Shown: positions 41,901 through 44,900 of the stretch, in pieces | How positions within the stretch are numbered: position 1 is the first letter of the stretch | Layout: each line of letters begins with the position of its first letter | NCBI GenBank assembly: GCA_963764165.1 | Contig: CAVXRD010000001.1 | Span: 928,001-992,000 of the forward strand | Reading direction: 5' to 3' | Source of the DNA: an uncultured Verrucomicrobiae bacterium | GTDB lineage: Bacteria > Verrucomicrobiota > Verrucomicrobiia > Limisphaerales > Palsa-1400 | DNA length: 64,000 nt | Translations under genes and position numbers: made by a program | Notes under the pieces: generated by a model | Seen by the model: only the letters and a program-made list of their open reading frames with translations | Told to the model about the DNA's origin: nothing | Databases searched by the model: none

Positions 41901-44900
41901 CAATGTCATGGACTACCAAGGGATTATTGCCTGGGGCGATTATGGCAGCTATAATGGGGTCAACGAACTTACCCTTACCCCAGATGGAATTGATAATGAC
42001 TGGGGAGGCAACGACTTTTCGGTTAATACGCCGAGCTTGACTGGCGCCTGGCATCACGTCGCCGTCACTTATGATGGGAGTTCGCTCGAAATGTACCTCG
42101 ATGGCGCGCTCGTTCAATCGGAAATTCCCTCCGGCGCGCTCGCGGTTGACAATACAAATCTTGCCTTGGGCTTTGCCAACGGCGACTTCTTCAATGGCTC
42201 GCTGGCCGAGGTGAGTGTATGGAACGCGGCGCTGGATCAGACTACCATTAGCAATTGGATGTTAAGCAGCATTTCTCTCAGCCACCCGTTCTTCACCAAC
42301 CTTGCCGCTTACTGGCCAATGAATGAAGTCAGTGGCGGCATCGTGAATGACGACAGCGGCAACGGCAACGCAGCCACTCTGCAAACCACTCCTCAGTGGA
42401 CAAATTTCACCGAATCGCTCCCAATGCCTGTTACCGGCCTCCTAGGTGGAACCACCTATCATTTTCAATTAGTCGCCGGCACGAACCTTGGCGGCGACGC
42501 TAGTTTCACCACCATCACGCCAGCTCTGCCGATAGCCATCACGTTCCCGGCGACGATCAGCGACAGCGGAAAATCAGGCCAGGACGAAACTTTATACGGT
42601 TTGGCCGTTTCCGGCGGGGCCGACACTCTGGTTTATTTCCAATATGGGCCAAATACCAACTACGGCTCCGCGACGGCAGCGCAGGATGCCGGATCCTCCT
42701 TATCGACCACCAATTCCATCAGCGCCACTCTTCCTTATACCGCCGGGCAGCACTACCGTCTCGTTGCTTCGAACGCAGTCGGTGTTGCCTACGGCAATGA
42801 TTTGACAGTGGACTTGCCGCCGTCGCAATCCAGCCAGGCAAATCTCCCGGCCTCGGCCAACTGGTTCGCTTGGGCGGACACGGACGGCGACGGGCATCTG
42901 GATATTGTTTACGACGAAGGCTTCCTTGGAGCGCTGCACAACAACGGCAATGGCTCGTTCTCCAGTCCCATCACCTACGGCTCGTCGTTGACCTTCGGCT
43001 CCGCCGCTGTCGCCGACTTCAATAACGACAATCTGCTGGATGTTTTTTTCACAGGATCCTTCCGCCTGAGCAAATTTGGCTCTACTCTGATGGAACAGAT
43101 TTGGCAGAACCGGGGCAGCAGTGGATTATCGCCGCTGAACAATACTGGCCTGCCCTACAACGACGGCCAGGCGCTGGCGGCCGATTTTGACAACGATGGC
43201 AAAGAGGATATCCTTTTGCTGGCAGCCAGTGGGGGGAGTTCCATCCAGCTATGGCACAATAACGGCAATGGAACCTTCTCCTACATCAATTCCGGGCTGC
43301 CTTCACTCAGCTATGCTGCCGCCGCTGTCGGTGATTTTGACAAGGATGGCTCTCTCGATGTCGTGCTGAGTGGTCTCGATGTCGACGGGAATCCTGTTTG
43401 CGAAATTTGGCACAACCTCGGCAATGGAACCTTTACGAATATCCATGCGACCCTTCCAGCATTATACCGCGGCGGTCTGGCAGTCGCAGACTTTGACAAT
43501 GATGGGTACCCCGATGTTCTGATCACAGGTTTGGAGGCGAACAACAATGCCACAGGCGGCATTTGGCGCAACCTGGGCAATGGCTCTTTCACGAACTACG
43601 CGGCCATTCCCGGCATGTTCGGCGGCCAGGTGGCTGTGGGCGATTTCAATAACGATGGCCTGCTGGACATCCTTATTTCGGGCGATGACTCCGGTTTTAA
43701 TCCCCAGCTCCAATTGTTGCTCAATCTCGGCCAGGGCAATTTTACCCCGTTCCCAACCGGCCTCCCACTCCTGAACTCCCCCATCCTTGCGTTTGGCGAT
43801 TACAATAACAATGGCCTGCTGGACGTTCTCATAGCCGGTTACCAAGGCGGCAATTCTGTTGTCCAGCTATGGAACAACAATTGTTCTGTGTCCAACACGC
43901 CGCCGACGGAACCTTCCAATTTGTCCATCGCGTTTGGCGGCGGCGAGGCTGTCCTGAGTTGGAGCGCGGCCAGCGACGCCCAGACGCCTGCCGCCGCTTT
44001 GACTTACAACGTGCGCGTCGGTTCGACCCCTGGCGGGTGTGACATCATCTCCCCAGAGTCGCTTCCGTCCGGGCGTCGTCTGTTGCCCGCCCCCGGGAAC
44101 GCACAGGAGCGATTGTTCATGGTGTTGGCGGATCTGCCGCCGGCCCAAACTTACTACTGGAGTGTCCAGGCCGTCGACGGCGCTTTCGCCGGTTCGCCCT
44201 TCGCGACCGAACAGACATTTGTGACACCCATCCCACCCGTGGCGTCGACTTTGTATGCTAGTAATGTAACGGCGACATCGGCGACTCTCAACAGCCTAGT
44301 GTATCCAAAGGACGCTCCGACAACGATATCCTTCGCATGGGGAACTTCGACCAATCTGGAGCACACGAATCTGGTGACAACGTTGCCTGCCGAGTATGGC
44401 GGCTATTATATCAGCAACGCTCTAACCGGCCTTACGCCGGGCACATTGTATTTTTACGCTGTCATAGCCTCCAATGCCAGCGGGACATCTGTGGGAAGCA
44501 TATTCACTTTTTCGACGCCATTCGCCCTGCCGCCAGTGGCCGGGACGTGGTTTCCCAGCAACGTGACGACGTCCTCGGCGATTCTCAATTGTCTGGTTTA
44601 CCCGAAAGATGCCGCGACGACCGTCCGCTTTGCCTGGGGCCCCACTCCAAGCCTCCAATACACGAATCTGGCCGCCACATTGCCAGCGGAACTTGGCGGC
44701 TATTTCGTCAGCAACTCGCTGGCCGGCCTGCTGCCCGGAACGATGTATTATTATTCCGTTGTGGCATCCAACGCCAATGGGATTGCGGTTGGAGACATAT
44801 TTAACTTTACGACGGCCGTTGCACCAGTGGCGTCGACTTTGTATGCCAGCAATGTGACGGCGACGTCCGCCACCCTCAACAGTCTCGTCTATCCGAAGAA